DNA of 64,000 bases from Paecilomyces variotii (taxonomy: Eukaryota), in the NCBI GenBank assembly GCA_004022145.1, contig RCNU01000004.1, one strand, 5' to 3'. The notes under the pieces are model-generated. The model was not told where the DNA came from and did no database searches. It worked only from the letters and a program-made list of their open reading frames with translations. Numbering within the stretch: position 1 is the first letter of the stretch; every line of letters begins with the position of its first letter. Positions 37,577 through 49,306 of this stretch are shown here, one piece after another. The position numbers and the translations under genes were made by a program.

Positions 37577-38584
37577 ATGATCTTTTATATCCTCCTCTGC
37601 CTCGCCGCCACCCAAGGCACACACGCCTGGGGTGTTCTCGGCCACGCGACAGTCGCATACATTGCCCAGAACTACGTCAACAGCGAAGTCGCAAGTTGGG
37701 CTCAAGGTGTCCTCAGCAATACGAATGACTCGTATCTAGCTGACATCGCCTCATGGGCAGATGAGTACCGACTAACTTCGGCGGGCGCCTGGTCAGCACC
37801 TCTGCACTACATAGATGCCCAGGATAATCCCCCCTCCAGCTGCAATGTCGATTATAACCGCGACTGCGGATCTTCTGGCTGTTCGGTCAGTGCCATAGCA
37901 AACTATACACAGCGCGTTGGTGACGGGAGGTTGTCAAGCGAGCATACTGCTGAGGCATTGAAGTTTATCGTGCATTTTGTTGGCGATATAACGCAGCCGT
38001 TACACGATGAAGCGTACGAGGTTGGCGGTAACGAGATCAAGGTTACATACCAGGGTTATAGCGATAACCTTCACGCGGACTGGGACACGTACATGCCTGA
38101 GACGTTGATTGGGGGCAGCAGCCTGAGCGATGCGAAAACCTGGGCTGATCAGTTGATTAAAGAAATCGACTCTGGCAACTATGCGAGCCAGAAGGCTAGC
38201 TGGATTGATGGCGACGATGTCAAGGACGCACAAACCACGGCGGCGCGGTGGGCTAGCGATGGAAACTCTTATGTGTGCACTGTGGTAATGCCAAATGGTG
38301 CCGCAGCGCTTGAAAAGGGCGATTTGTACCCGACCTACTACAACAGCGCCATCGGTACCATCGAGCTTCAGATAGCTAAGGGTGGCTACCGCCTGGCCAA
38401 TTGGCTGAATATGGTCTATACTTCAGAGATTGCAAGCAAAAAGCGGGCAACGATAGCTGAGCGGAGAGAGGAATCGGTGGAGCTCAGCCCAAGAGATTTG
38501 TCACCAGAGCCAAGACAACTTAGCAAGGTACAACTGGCTAGAGCAGCTATGGGAGGCAGTTGTGGGTGTGAGAAGCATAGATGA
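37577..38584 (+). CDS. Secreted S1/P1 family nuclease
   Basis: Signal peptide followed by the mature start WGVLGH. Zn-ligand motifs WAD, HYID, HFVGDITQPLH and NLHADWD. Confidence 0.95.
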   Translation: MIFYILLCLAATQGTHAWGVLGHATVAYIAQNYVNSEVASWAQGVLSNTNDSYLADIASWADEYRLTSAGAWSAPLHYIDAQDNPPSSCNVDYNRDCGSSGCSVSAIANYTQRVGDGRLSSEHTAEALKFIVHFVGDITQPLHDEAYEVGGNEIKVTYQGYSDNLHADWDTYMPETLIGGSSLSDAKTWADQLIKEIDSGNYASQKASWIDGDDVKDAQTTAARWASDGNSYVCTVVMPNGAAALEKGDLYPTYYNSAIGTIELQIAKGGYRLANWLNMVYTSEIASKKRATIAERREESVELSPRDLSPEPRQLSKVQLARAAMGGSCGCEKHR

Positions 38585-39270
38585 AAGCCATGCTCCTTAT
38601 AAGACAAAGCCGTATATTAGCTACAAGGCAGAACATAAACACTATCTTGTCAGGAGGAAGCATGAGTCCCATTATCGAGTACCTCGAGCTGAGTTGAGCA
38701 GTTGTCAGAAAATGTCAGTTTTGTTTCCTAGAAAGCTTACTTGTCCAAACCAGAATTTCTCGTTCGTGTATATGGTATCAAGGCTCAATGACAGTAACGG
38801 AGAGGGCCAAAGATTAGAAACAAAGGTATGAGTATGAAGTCGCATTATTTATGTACCGAGAGCCGCTACCCATGTGCAATCTATTCTCCATTTAACTTTG
38901 TGGATATCAAACATGCTGTGCGACAAAAGAGGTAAAGCAGTAGAACCCAACGGATGGCATACAAGAAACGCCAGGCAATGAAAACCTCCCTAAGTCCGAA
39001 TAATCCCGGACATTGACTCAAGTGATAGAAGATATTGAAGATAGTGGAAGACCTGTTCCAAAATGCGCCTTCCTGCTCACAGACAAGTCTTCACCACTAC
39101 TGGGGCGAAGTGCAGTCTCCATCTTGACCAACTTCGAAGAGATGGTGGGACGGAGTCGGACGGTGGCCTTGTTGGCTGCTGATAATGGTGCTGTGCGCAC
39201 AACTAATGATTTCTGTATCACCAAAGACGATGCCATATCGTCCGTACGCGGTACGCAGGTTCGGAAATTC

Positions 39271-40704
39271 TTAGAATCTGTTTCAATGGTGTCAGTAAGT
39301 ACCTAGAGCGAAGATGCTTCCTCTACATACCTTATCTCATAACTTCCCGCCCTGGTCATATATCGCACCCATTTAACACTGCTGTAGTTACTCTTCTCAA
39401 ATACTTTCAGGTACCTCACTAGCAGCCCGCTGCTGGTAAACATAAGCAAACTAAAAGACAAGCTGAGAGGCGGTCGGCTCCAGGCCTTCTGATGAGTCAT
39501 GCTTGTCAGTGTAGCTTCTGCCGTGAGTACATATTCGCTCTGCCCTGAAAAACGCGGGATCTTCCACACAATATTGTTATGTTCCGGCTCATACTTGGCT
39601 CTACCTTGGCTTGTTCGCTCAGTAATCTTGGCTGTGTTGAGCGGTGTCGGAATCCGCACGACGACATTGGTCGCGAAAAGCTTGGCCCCGTAGTTTGCCT
39701 TGATGGCGACACTGTATTCAACCTTTGTCGTACCAATCTCTCGCACGATAGGGTGGACCTTGAATGGGAGGTTGACATTCTCCGTTGCTCGATAACGCAT
39801 GAGCTCGAACTCTCCATCAGGTGGAACGAAGGAAATAGTTCGATCCGCATCGAAACGACCCAGCTTCACACACTGGTGGAACTGACAATCTTCGAGGGTA
39901 ACGGATCCTGCCGCAGCGCGTGTGGCTTTCGTCCCATCACTGTCCAGCAAGAGCCGGTCGTTGAGTCCAAACTTGCACTCTGGAGTTCCGGACAGATATG
40001 CACGCATGACGATCTGTCCGTTGACGTCGGCGCGCAGGACCGTTCCCGTGGCGGACATCAGGAGATTGACGTCCTCGATCACGTCGACAAAGGCTTCATT
40101 CTTCCTGTATTTGATATCTGATCTTCGCCATGACAGCGCTCCGGTAGCTTGCATAGTAATCCGACTCGAATCGGCGGGAGAATTGGCGATGGCAGACTTG
40201 ACGCCCTCTGTGGTGATGTACATCTTCAAGGTGTCCGTTTCCGTGTTCTGGGGGTATCCAAAATCGAGGATTTCTGGAATAGAACAAATAAACCGTCAGC
40301 TGCTAATCAAGCACAGAGAATCAGGAGCGATCTGCAGGGGAGGAAAGGCACGGTAGCGCGTAAATACCATCTAGCAATTCATAAACCAGGACAAAATTAT
40401 TCTTCACAGCCTCCTCATCGAACTTGCCAAAGTAGCCTTTCCCCAGCATGATCAACCGATATAGGAACTCGAACACAAGCGCAGCATTGGCATTGCTCTT
40501 CGTTACCGCCACCAAGTAGATATTCTCGTGCTTCACATGGCTGAAGGTGGTCGATCCGAGTGTCAGGATAGGAGAGCGCACCTGCGCATTGGAGATGACC
40601 TGGATGCGGAAGATATCCGCTAAACGCGGGCGGCAGTCATTGCGGAAGGCACGGAAGATGAGATTCTCCCCCTTCTGGTTGAATATCAGGATTCCGGAGA
40701 GCAT
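39271..40704 (-). CDS. APM4: AP-2 adaptor complex mu subunit
   Basis: MLSGILIFNQKGENLIFRAFRNDC, YRKNEAFVDV, FVPPDGEFELMRY and KWVRYMTRAGSYEIR|F*. Two introns. Confidence 0.95.
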
Positions 40705-41695
40705 CTTTGAGGAGGCTGAATCGAGATGCTCGTCGCGGGATTAGGAGCTGTTCATAGCTTGGGGGTGGGATGGGGGTTAATTCCGGACTGGCTTATTCGG
40801 GGTTAAGCTTAATCGGGCTTGTAATGTTACCGTCTGGTAAGTTACGCTGCACTCTCCTGCGGAGTATATAATACGTATCTACAGTACAACTCTCTATACA
40901 TGCATACATGGGCTAATTCACATACAATTCACCGTGTAGCCTGTTCTAAAATGATCTTTCTTTTGGTGAATATATATAGGTAGATATGTAATCGATGATC
41001 ATCCGCTCTTCATGCGTAACTATTCTACAACTGACTTGACATACTGTACATTGCTGCATATGGGGAAGCCCCCAGCTAGATCGAAGCTTCAACTTAAGCT
41101 GGACCAAAGAAAATCCCATTCAAATCAATGTTCAAACGTCTTTCTCTATCACTGTGCCTCTTAAGTCCATTTGTAAGGGCATATTCGCCTGTACAAGTAT
41201 AAAACAATGTGTGAGGACATTAAATACAAAAATAGCCCACGGTATGTTCCTAAAGCAAGCTTAGAGCTCCCCATCATGCTGCATAAAAAGATCCCCACCT
41301 TGATCTCCATTTATATGTATAGATGATAACTGCGGTAGCAGTGTACCAAGGACATCAACTGGGAATGAAAAGGAAATAAGCTCATGTCGTGTAAAGGCAA
41401 CAAAGAATATGGTGCCAGAAATAACTATAGTACAGCCCCAGAAACCGAAACGAACAATGGTATCACATCACATGAATCAAATGGTGAGACCTGGATATCA
41501 CAGTAGCACTCGAAAAAAAGTTTTCCATAGAACAAAGGATCGTCAGAATTAAAATCGCTCAGACCATGTGCATAACATCTTAGTTTGTGTCAAGACATTG
41601 ACAAGAAAGAAATCGAAACGGCCCAAGAATGGCCGTCAGCGGTGGCAGTACTGAGAAGGACAGCAGGAATCAGGTAGGACTCTTCCGATCAGCTA

Positions 41696-42967
41696 CTACC
41701 TGGCATGGGGGTCGACAGGCCCTAACCCGCTGCTGGTTCTGGTCCCGGACAACGAGGGCGCATCAGTGACAATACCAACCTTCGGATCCGGAATTTGGAT
41801 GTCCAACGACATATATGCCGTCCTTCGAAGGGGCCATATTCGTACGCCTTCTTTCGCACCCACTTCCCGGTTCCAGTTCTCCAGCCAATCCTCGAGGTGC
41901 CGCAGATGGCTTTTAATACCAGTAGCTCCTAAATCATCCCACACCCAGCCTGTCAGGAGACCCATCGCGCCGTCGAACCAATTGCGGAGGTTGTAGGGAT
42001 CGAAAGCTTTGATGAGCTCCGAATTGACCTTGGAAATGACGCTGCGAAACTCCTGTTCTGACAGCAAAGGATCGAGGATCTCCGGATACAGGTTGGAAAA
42101 TGTCGGGGCCAAGTCACCCTTCACCATCCAGTCCCGTCGTATGCGGATGATTCGTGTCGCGAGATATTCATCCGAAGCAATTGGTACGTGAGGATTCAGA
42201 TGTGGAAAGCAAGGATGTGCTGGACCCCACGCCAGTTCCTCTCCTGGATCTCCTTCTCCGGTCGTACCACCGCCTGAAGTATGGTTCCCTGTAGGAGACG
42301 GTAGAGACGCGAACGTCTGTGACCGCAGGGAGACTTGTGACTGGACATGGCGAGGCTGCGCGACTCTGACATCTTCGGGACCTCTCCCTCCATCCTGTCT
42401 CAGGTGCAGTGGTTCTGGTCGCCCTGGAAGGTCGTTCTCTTGCCTGTTGGCACTGGTCTGCGCTGTCATCTCTTCCCTGACAGTTTCTTCCCAGTTTCCG
42501 CTCCTTCTGTGTCCAGGGGGCAAGCCAATGCTCGTCCGTCCACTCTCGCTCTCGCAAATACTGCGTTCCACGGCCAAGCTGCTTGGGCTGGGATTCTGTC
42601 TGCTGCGACGTTGCTCTGGGATCGTCAGCAGGGGGTAAGCGTCGCGATGGGCTTCAATCGGAAGATGTTCATCAGACGGTTGTTGTTGTGGACGTGGGAT
42701 GGCGACTGGTGTTGTGCGGGGCACGTAGTTGATAGGATTCCAGAGTCGGGATGCGGGCTGTCGAGCAACAGCAGACTGGGACCCGAGTCGAATGGCACCG
42801 AACAGAGAATATCGTCCGTCTTCTTCTTGCCCTCTTCGACGTGACGTGCCTATCGCCCTCGGAGGCGAAGGAGAGTTATATGGCACCTGGATGCGCGGCC
42901 GTACCGTCGACGACGGCTCCACGTCCTGTGGCGGGTTTAGATCACGTCGAGAAGTGGTTCCTTCCAC
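41696..42967 (-). CDS. ERF4: ERF4/Golgin-A7 family palmitoyltransferase accessory subunit (start uncertain; first in-frame ATG at 42469)
   Basis: C-terminal domain TRIIRIRRDW...APTFSNLYPEILDP...LRRTAYMSLDIQIPDP. The frame stays open upstream to 43129. Confidence 0.8.
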   Translation of the reverse strand: MEGTTSRRDLNPPQDVEPSSTVRPRIQVPYNSPSPPRAIGTSRRRGQEEDGRYSLFGAIRLGSQSAVARQPASRLWNPINYVPRTTPVAIPRPQQQPSDEHLPIEAHRDAYPLLTIPEQRRSRQNPSPSSLAVERSICESESGRTSIGLPPGHRRSGNWEETVREEMTAQTSANRQENDLPGRPEPLHLRQDGGRGPEDVRVAQPRHVQSQVSLRSQTFASLPSPTGNHTSGGGTTGEGDPGEELAWGPAHPCFPHLNPHVPIASDEYLATRIIRIRRDWMVKGDLAPTFSNLYPEILDPLLSEQEFRSVISKVNSELIKAFDPYNLRNWFDGAMGLLTGWVWDDLGATGIKSHLRHLEDWLENWNREVGAKEGVRIWPLRRTAYMSLDIQIPDPKVGIVTDAPSLSGTRTSSGLGPVDPHAR

Positions 42968-45961
42968 CGGCTGCGATGATAGAGACGCAGGCTGCGCGCT
43001 GGAAGACGCCGTGGTTGGAGATGGAGATATGGAGGAGGAAGAAAAAGACGGTGTTGGTGAAGATGGAGCGGCGACGAGGCGGTGATTGGCGAGCCGGAAA
43101 GGGGCAACGGGCAGGTAAGGGTCGCCTCTCTAGCGGACTCTACGCCCATCCCGCGACATCGATGGAGGCGTGATCTATCGGAATCGATTCTCTCTCTCTG
43201 CTGCCCTCTTTCTCTCTCTTGCGTAGCAGACAGTCGAGGTTTCAGGTCGAGGTCACTAGAGGCAACAGCCCGGAGGTCGCGTCTGGATTAAAAAGAAACC
43301 CAGGAAAACACCCCCATCGAGGACCTACAGCCCATGACGACAGGCTCTTCAGATTATCACCCGCTCTTCCATGCGTGTGGAGACGCCGCAGAGGTTCTTC
43401 GTTGGACAGTCACTTTGCTGTTCGCTGGCTCCAGGCTAGTTCATGGTCGATTATAGAAGACTGCTAAGAAGGACGATCCAAGGGCCGGATTCCCGCCTGT
43501 TCTACGGTGCGCCACGATCCTGCATCGCCCAGTTCTGGATGCCCTAGATGGACCTAAATATGGCAATCTATGCGGTGCACACACAGAGCAACAAGTCTTT
43601 TGTGATGCAGCTGATCCGACATCCTACCCTACGCTTGTGTCTACCCGAATGAGGGACATGTATCTATTCGCCCAGACCGCTTGTTTGGAGGCTTTCTTTT
43701 CTATAGAAAGTTAGAAACCCTCCCGCTGTGTCCATTCTGCGGTCAAAGTCGAAGCCTCAACCAGTCTGGAGGCAGGGATACAGGAAGATATACGAGGACG
43801 CGGTCACCAACCGGTCAAACGAGGCGGAAGACCGGGGGGAATCGACCATGTCTGCTTCGATCCACGAGCCCAGAGGACGATAAGCAAACCAAAGACGGGA
43901 GAAGAAGTCCTAGTCTGTGGATAAAAGCATGTAATAAAGTAGCAACCTGAGTCACTGACCTCATTCTGTCACTCCCGCCAGTAACTAACGGTTTCCGCTG
44001 GACAGGGTTCAGTATTATTATTACTTTTTATTCCGAAGCATCTCTTACTGTCGGCTGACACGTCCCAGTGCCCCTTTTTCTCAGATACACACCACTGTCT
44101 GATCGTCTCTCTCAAAATCCGATTATCACCTCCCACATGAGGTTCAGCAGGTATTATCGAGAGCAGACATTTCACAGAAAACAGATCATAGAAAGTCGCA
44201 AGAATTGACTTCTCTACTACTCTTGAACGGTTCGCAGTAGCCCAGTCCAGGGCTGAGCAGGTCCCATTCTTTCGGAACACCAGGGAGACTAAGAAACATC
44301 TGGGCTTATCTACTAGAAAACTCCAAAGTACGCTATTTATTATTCATTTTTATTATTATTGTTGTTCTTTCACCCCGTTGGACCCTGGCCCTGAAAGCTC
44401 CGCGACGGCAACAACAGGACAATCCCAGATCAGCCTTATTTGCGAACTATTTACTTCGCGCAAGTGAGTCAAGGAAAAAAGGAGTAATCTCGCAGACGAT
44501 CTGCCTTAAGTGGGTAAACCCAGCATCTCTCCAGTGGAGTTCATTCAGGCACCGAGGATCCGGCTCCAAGGATCGCGATTTTAGCTTTCGCCAGTTTCCG
44601 TCGATTGCCCTGGGACTTGCCTCCACAATTAGTTAACTACATAGGCTAAACTTTATGGTGTTTTCCTGCCCAGATCAGGATCAGGGGGCGCAAGGCGATA
44701 TTATTATTTTCGGGGACCCCCATGACTTCATCGTGGCGGAATATAGCGCCCTCAGCGAATTATACCCGAGGATCTATGACATCGCACCGTTGGGAAAATG
44801 CCAGAATCCTGGTCAAAAAAAAAAATAAAATAAAATAAAAACCATCACTTCCTGGCTTGTGATAGATGCTCTCATTATATTAAGTATATGGTACATATAT
44901 ACATGTATGGTATGCTTCATAACGTTCAAGCAAAGGCGGGAAGGCCCCTTTGTAGTCCGGACACAGAAACACGGCACTTCCCAGCTCAAATAACTATAAA
45001 TGACGGCACCTCCCATGGAACAGCTACCTATATACTTTTTACCCCTGTACTCTAGTCTCGGGAGCCCGCAGATGACGATCAAGGGCTTAATATTTCCCGA
45101 ATCGAAGAAGAATTCCCCCGAGGGACGGAATATGGAATACGGAATAATAGCACAAGACGGTCGAACCATAACCGTAAGAAATCAAATCCAGAAACGCGAT
45201 AGGACATTGATATCATTTCTCTCGCGCTAAGGTAAAAGAAAAAGAGAAAGGAAAAAGCCACGCAGATAACCACCATTATTGTAAAAGAGACTACACTACT
45301 CCGTAAGACCAACATGTAACACAGACGCATGAGTTCTCAAATGTGGCTATGGTACTTACTACTGTGCCACTACTCTACAAAGCTAAGAGAAATTCATATC
45401 GTGTGTGACTAACAGATACGACCCAACAATAACTAATAGTGGCGGTTCGAAACAGCCGACTGGGGTCACCCAGGACAACTATGCTTTGAAACGGAGATCA
45501 ATGAATCAAGGAGGCACGGAGGAGAATCACCACTCGGCCTTGCTCACTTCCTTTATTGCAATTAGGTTTTGCAACGGCAGCGAAAGGGTATCCAAGTCCA
45601 CAGTGAGTAGAGCAATACATTTGCGCGTCAGAATCAAATAGAAAGCGAAAACAAATGGATATCATTAACTTGACGTACGTATATGCCACGATATAGAGTA
45701 TATTGTATACAAGCATATTAGTATGATAAGATATGTATGGCTCTGATGAGCCTAGCGCCGTGTTGGATATCACTTGAAAATTCGCAAATGAGAAACATCA
45801 TAAAGCATAGTAGTATATCCCGTGACGCCCAATAACATGCACAAAGATTGTCCCTCTCGCGCGTCTTCCATACCACTAGAACGCCGTCTGAGAAAATAAT
45901 ATACCCGAGAAATGAAGTAGTGAAAATCGGTAAAATCATGAATCATCAAGGCGAAGGGGTC

Positions 45962-48900
45962 TCAGTTTCCGGCTCTGTAGGCGGCTGCTTGCATCCGCCG
46001 CATCGCCTCGCGATGCAAATCCCGCAGCTCGCCTCGTTGCATCCCCTGCGCAATAGCCTGGTCTATGTGGTTCGCAGCCATCATCTGCTGCTGCCTGACT
46101 GTCCAAGCTTGGTCATGTTCAGAACGGCTAAATGCCGAACTTGAGTACGGCAATGTTGTCCGCGCCAAGTCCTGGCGAATAGACTCTCTCCAGGCGGCCC
46201 CTGTAGCATCGGTCCGTGTTGGAGTCAGTCGCTGCTGCTGGATCATATCTCGACGCTTCGCGAGTGGCATGTCATCATCATCATCAATTAAATTGGCCTG
46301 ACTTCCAAACCCAGGCGAGGAGATGCCCAAACCCAATGACTGTCTAGAGGCAGAGGCAGAATGGGGTATCCAGGAGTCACGGGATAGCGAAGTCGACGAT
46401 ACTCGATTCCTGATCAAGCTCTGACGCTGTGTCATCAATTGAGGGCTCTTCCCGTATTGCGGCTTCTGGAAATTGACCTCCTTGCTTTCATCAATTGGAG
46501 TTGCCGCGAGAGTATTGCTTAGAAGCTGGCTTGAGGAGTGTCTTCGATAACCAGGCTGCAAAAGACTGTGTTGAGATGCCAGAGAAGCATTGGATCCAGA
46601 TCTTAGTAGAGGAGTCAAAGGGGGCGGAGCTACTCCAGTTGAGGCCCTCCGGAGACCTGTGAGATCCTTGTTCGGCTCAGGAGAAACAGATCTTGGCGAT
46701 CTACTCTTGGACCTGCTCGACATGGAAAGGCTGTTCGTTAAGCCATATTGTTGGTTTATGGTAATTGGTGTTGGAACAGCCGGAGGGGGGCGCGCTGTCA
46801 GCGGCGTTTGCAGCAATTCCTCCACTTGAACAGGCGCGACCGTCTCTTTCGTGCTATCGCCTAGAGGTTTATCCTCAATTATCGGCCGAATGGGTTCGAT
46901 CTCCGGAGTCTCTGCTTCGGATAGATGCTTCGCCCACTCGTTTGTTCGATAGGAGGAAACTACTCTGGAGACGCGATCAGGTAGTTGTGTCATCGTGTCC
47001 GCGGTGAGTGATGTTTTCCTGACCGAAGACTGACCTTCTTGTTTCTCCGAGGCTGTTCGTGAAGGCACCATCGCCGTCCCTTCTCGAGAATGACTCTTGC
47101 CGTCCTGCTCTGACACCGACTGCCCTGTAGTGGGAGGCGGACTAGATACTGGAAGCAAGGAAAGGACCTGCCGCGCCGGTAAAACATCAGCGGGATCTGG
47201 CCTTTTCTTTTCCTCACGGCCACTTTCGTCAGCTTCTGGTTTCGACTGTTCACTTGGTTGAGCATTGGACTCAGATGGCCCTCCAGAGGCAGACTCCGAT
47301 ATCGACTTCACATGCGTGGTGTCTTGGTTTGCGGGACCCTCGATCTCGACAGGCACAGTGTTATCCTCATTGGCCTCGTTGGCCTCGTTCTCATTGCCCA
47401 CTGGAGAATCGCTGACTTCAGAAGCAATATCCCTTTCATCCTCATCTGGAACTCCTGCTACTGAAGATGCTGGAGATTCGTCTTTTGTCGCAACCAATGC
47501 CTCCTCAGACTCAGAGGTAAGCATGGGGTTGTGCCCAGCAGATCTCGATAACCCTGTAGATAGTCGTCGCGCCAGAATGTCGGAACCGGAAAGAGTTGCC
47601 GCGACTGATCTCTCATCGTCATCACTACTCGATTTCTCCTCTGGGGCCTTGAACGGCAAGGGCATAGACGCTGGATGCTCATCACCGCTCGGGGGGAAAT
47701 CGCCAGGCAGCTCGTTCACATACCCGCCGGAGACATGATGCTCGTCGTCGCGCACTTCATCATTAGCTTGTTCTGGATCACCACCCGTTCCGCTGCCAGT
47801 TTCATTGCTGTTTCTGTAGCTCTGGTGTCCATTATTAGCGTCATCGTTGGGATCAATTTCGGTTGTTTCTATAGCTGTAGATCGCTTTCGCGGGCTGTCC
47901 GAAGCATCGATGTCTATGCCAGAGTCGGAAGGATGGGCGTCTTTGTTGCCATAGACGGACTCCCAGAGCGCTCTATCTCGCATATTGGCTTCCTCGATCT
48001 GTCTTCCAAGTTCCGCTTCATGCTCCTCGCGTTTCTTCTCCTCTTCCGACTTCATCATAGCTTGCTGCTTTCTCCTCTCTTTGACTACTTTCCAGAGTCT
48101 GAATTGTGAGATTAATCCCATAGCAAATATTATCATAGTCAGCGCAATCTCGACTTTGATGCCGCGTGTTACGGGGTAGGTATTAGTATTAAGAGGGAAT
48201 GTGTTCGCGTTCAATTCTGGAATATCTCGTTAGCAATGGCGCAATCACTGAACAGTCAATCACTTACCCCACAGGTACAGCCAGAATTCTTTCAGTCCAG
48301 CTCGACTGAAACAGTCGATCCCAAGGACTATGGCAGTTGCACCGGCGAAGGAAGTAGCCACAACTAAGCCGTAAGGTCTCGTATAGTGACTGAACGACAC
48401 AGCATATATGCCAGCAGAGAACGCCCCAATGAACGCTCCCTTTGAGCCGGAGCTGGTGAGGAGGCCACCGGATTTGAGTTCGAGGAGCCACATGCTTAAG
48501 CAAAATCCGCCCAAGAGGCAGCCAAGGCCCTCTGTGATTTCACGGAACACCAGGGCCAGTGCACCAAATATGGCGCCAGTAACGAAGATAGCGACGAAAT
48601 AAGCCCCCTGAACTGCATCTCGCACTGGAGGGTTCATAACATATTCAATAAGAACCTGAGAAATAGTTAGTCATGGCTAGTATAGGTACACAGCAAATTT
48701 TAGTACCGTCACTCCTAAACTGGTCAAGAAAGCTGTCGAAAGAAATATATGGAGCCTAGTGTTTCCCATCAGTAAAAATGGCAATATCCTTCGAGTTCAC
48801 ATCTCACACATACCTTCTCTTCTTTACCCCAATCAGCGCATAAATGCCACCTAGTACTATGAGGACGACACCTGCGATCCCCACAGCAGGCGTGATCTTC

Positions 48901-49306
48901 GGCTGAAGAGGAAGGACATTAGGATCTTGTTTTGGCCCTGTTCTTCGTTATTAGAAGAATCGAGGAATTCCTTTGAGAGTGAAAGTGACCAACCGTCTAC
49001 GGGGTCTGATGAGGCAGTCGGCGCAGTAGCATTTGCCGCTGTAGTGCCAGTCGGCGTTGATGAGTTTGTCGTTGCGGTATGGTTAATTGTTGATGTAGCA
49101 GCACTTGACGTAGTCGTTGCTGCTTGCGCCGAGTCCGACGAGCTGGCCGCAGCTGTACTGCTCACAGACTGGGAGCTTGTATCGCTGTCGGTTGCAGAGA
49201 CAGTGGAAGAGGCCGAGGCAGAGGCAATGGACGTCGCATCTTCTGCAAGTGCGAGGAAAGCGAACGCGATGCAGCTAATGACAATGAACAGATTCCGGAA
49301 GCGCAT
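45962..49306 (-). CDS. Signal-peptide, multi-TM DUF4203 (TM7S3/TM198-like) protein with a long disordered C-tail, multi-exon
   Basis: Signal peptide plus Ser/Thr-rich stalk. TM exons EGLGCLLGGFCLSMWLL and GIDCFSRAGLKEFWLYLW. Tail motifs SYRTNEWAKHL and LHREAMRRMQA. Confidence 0.85.
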
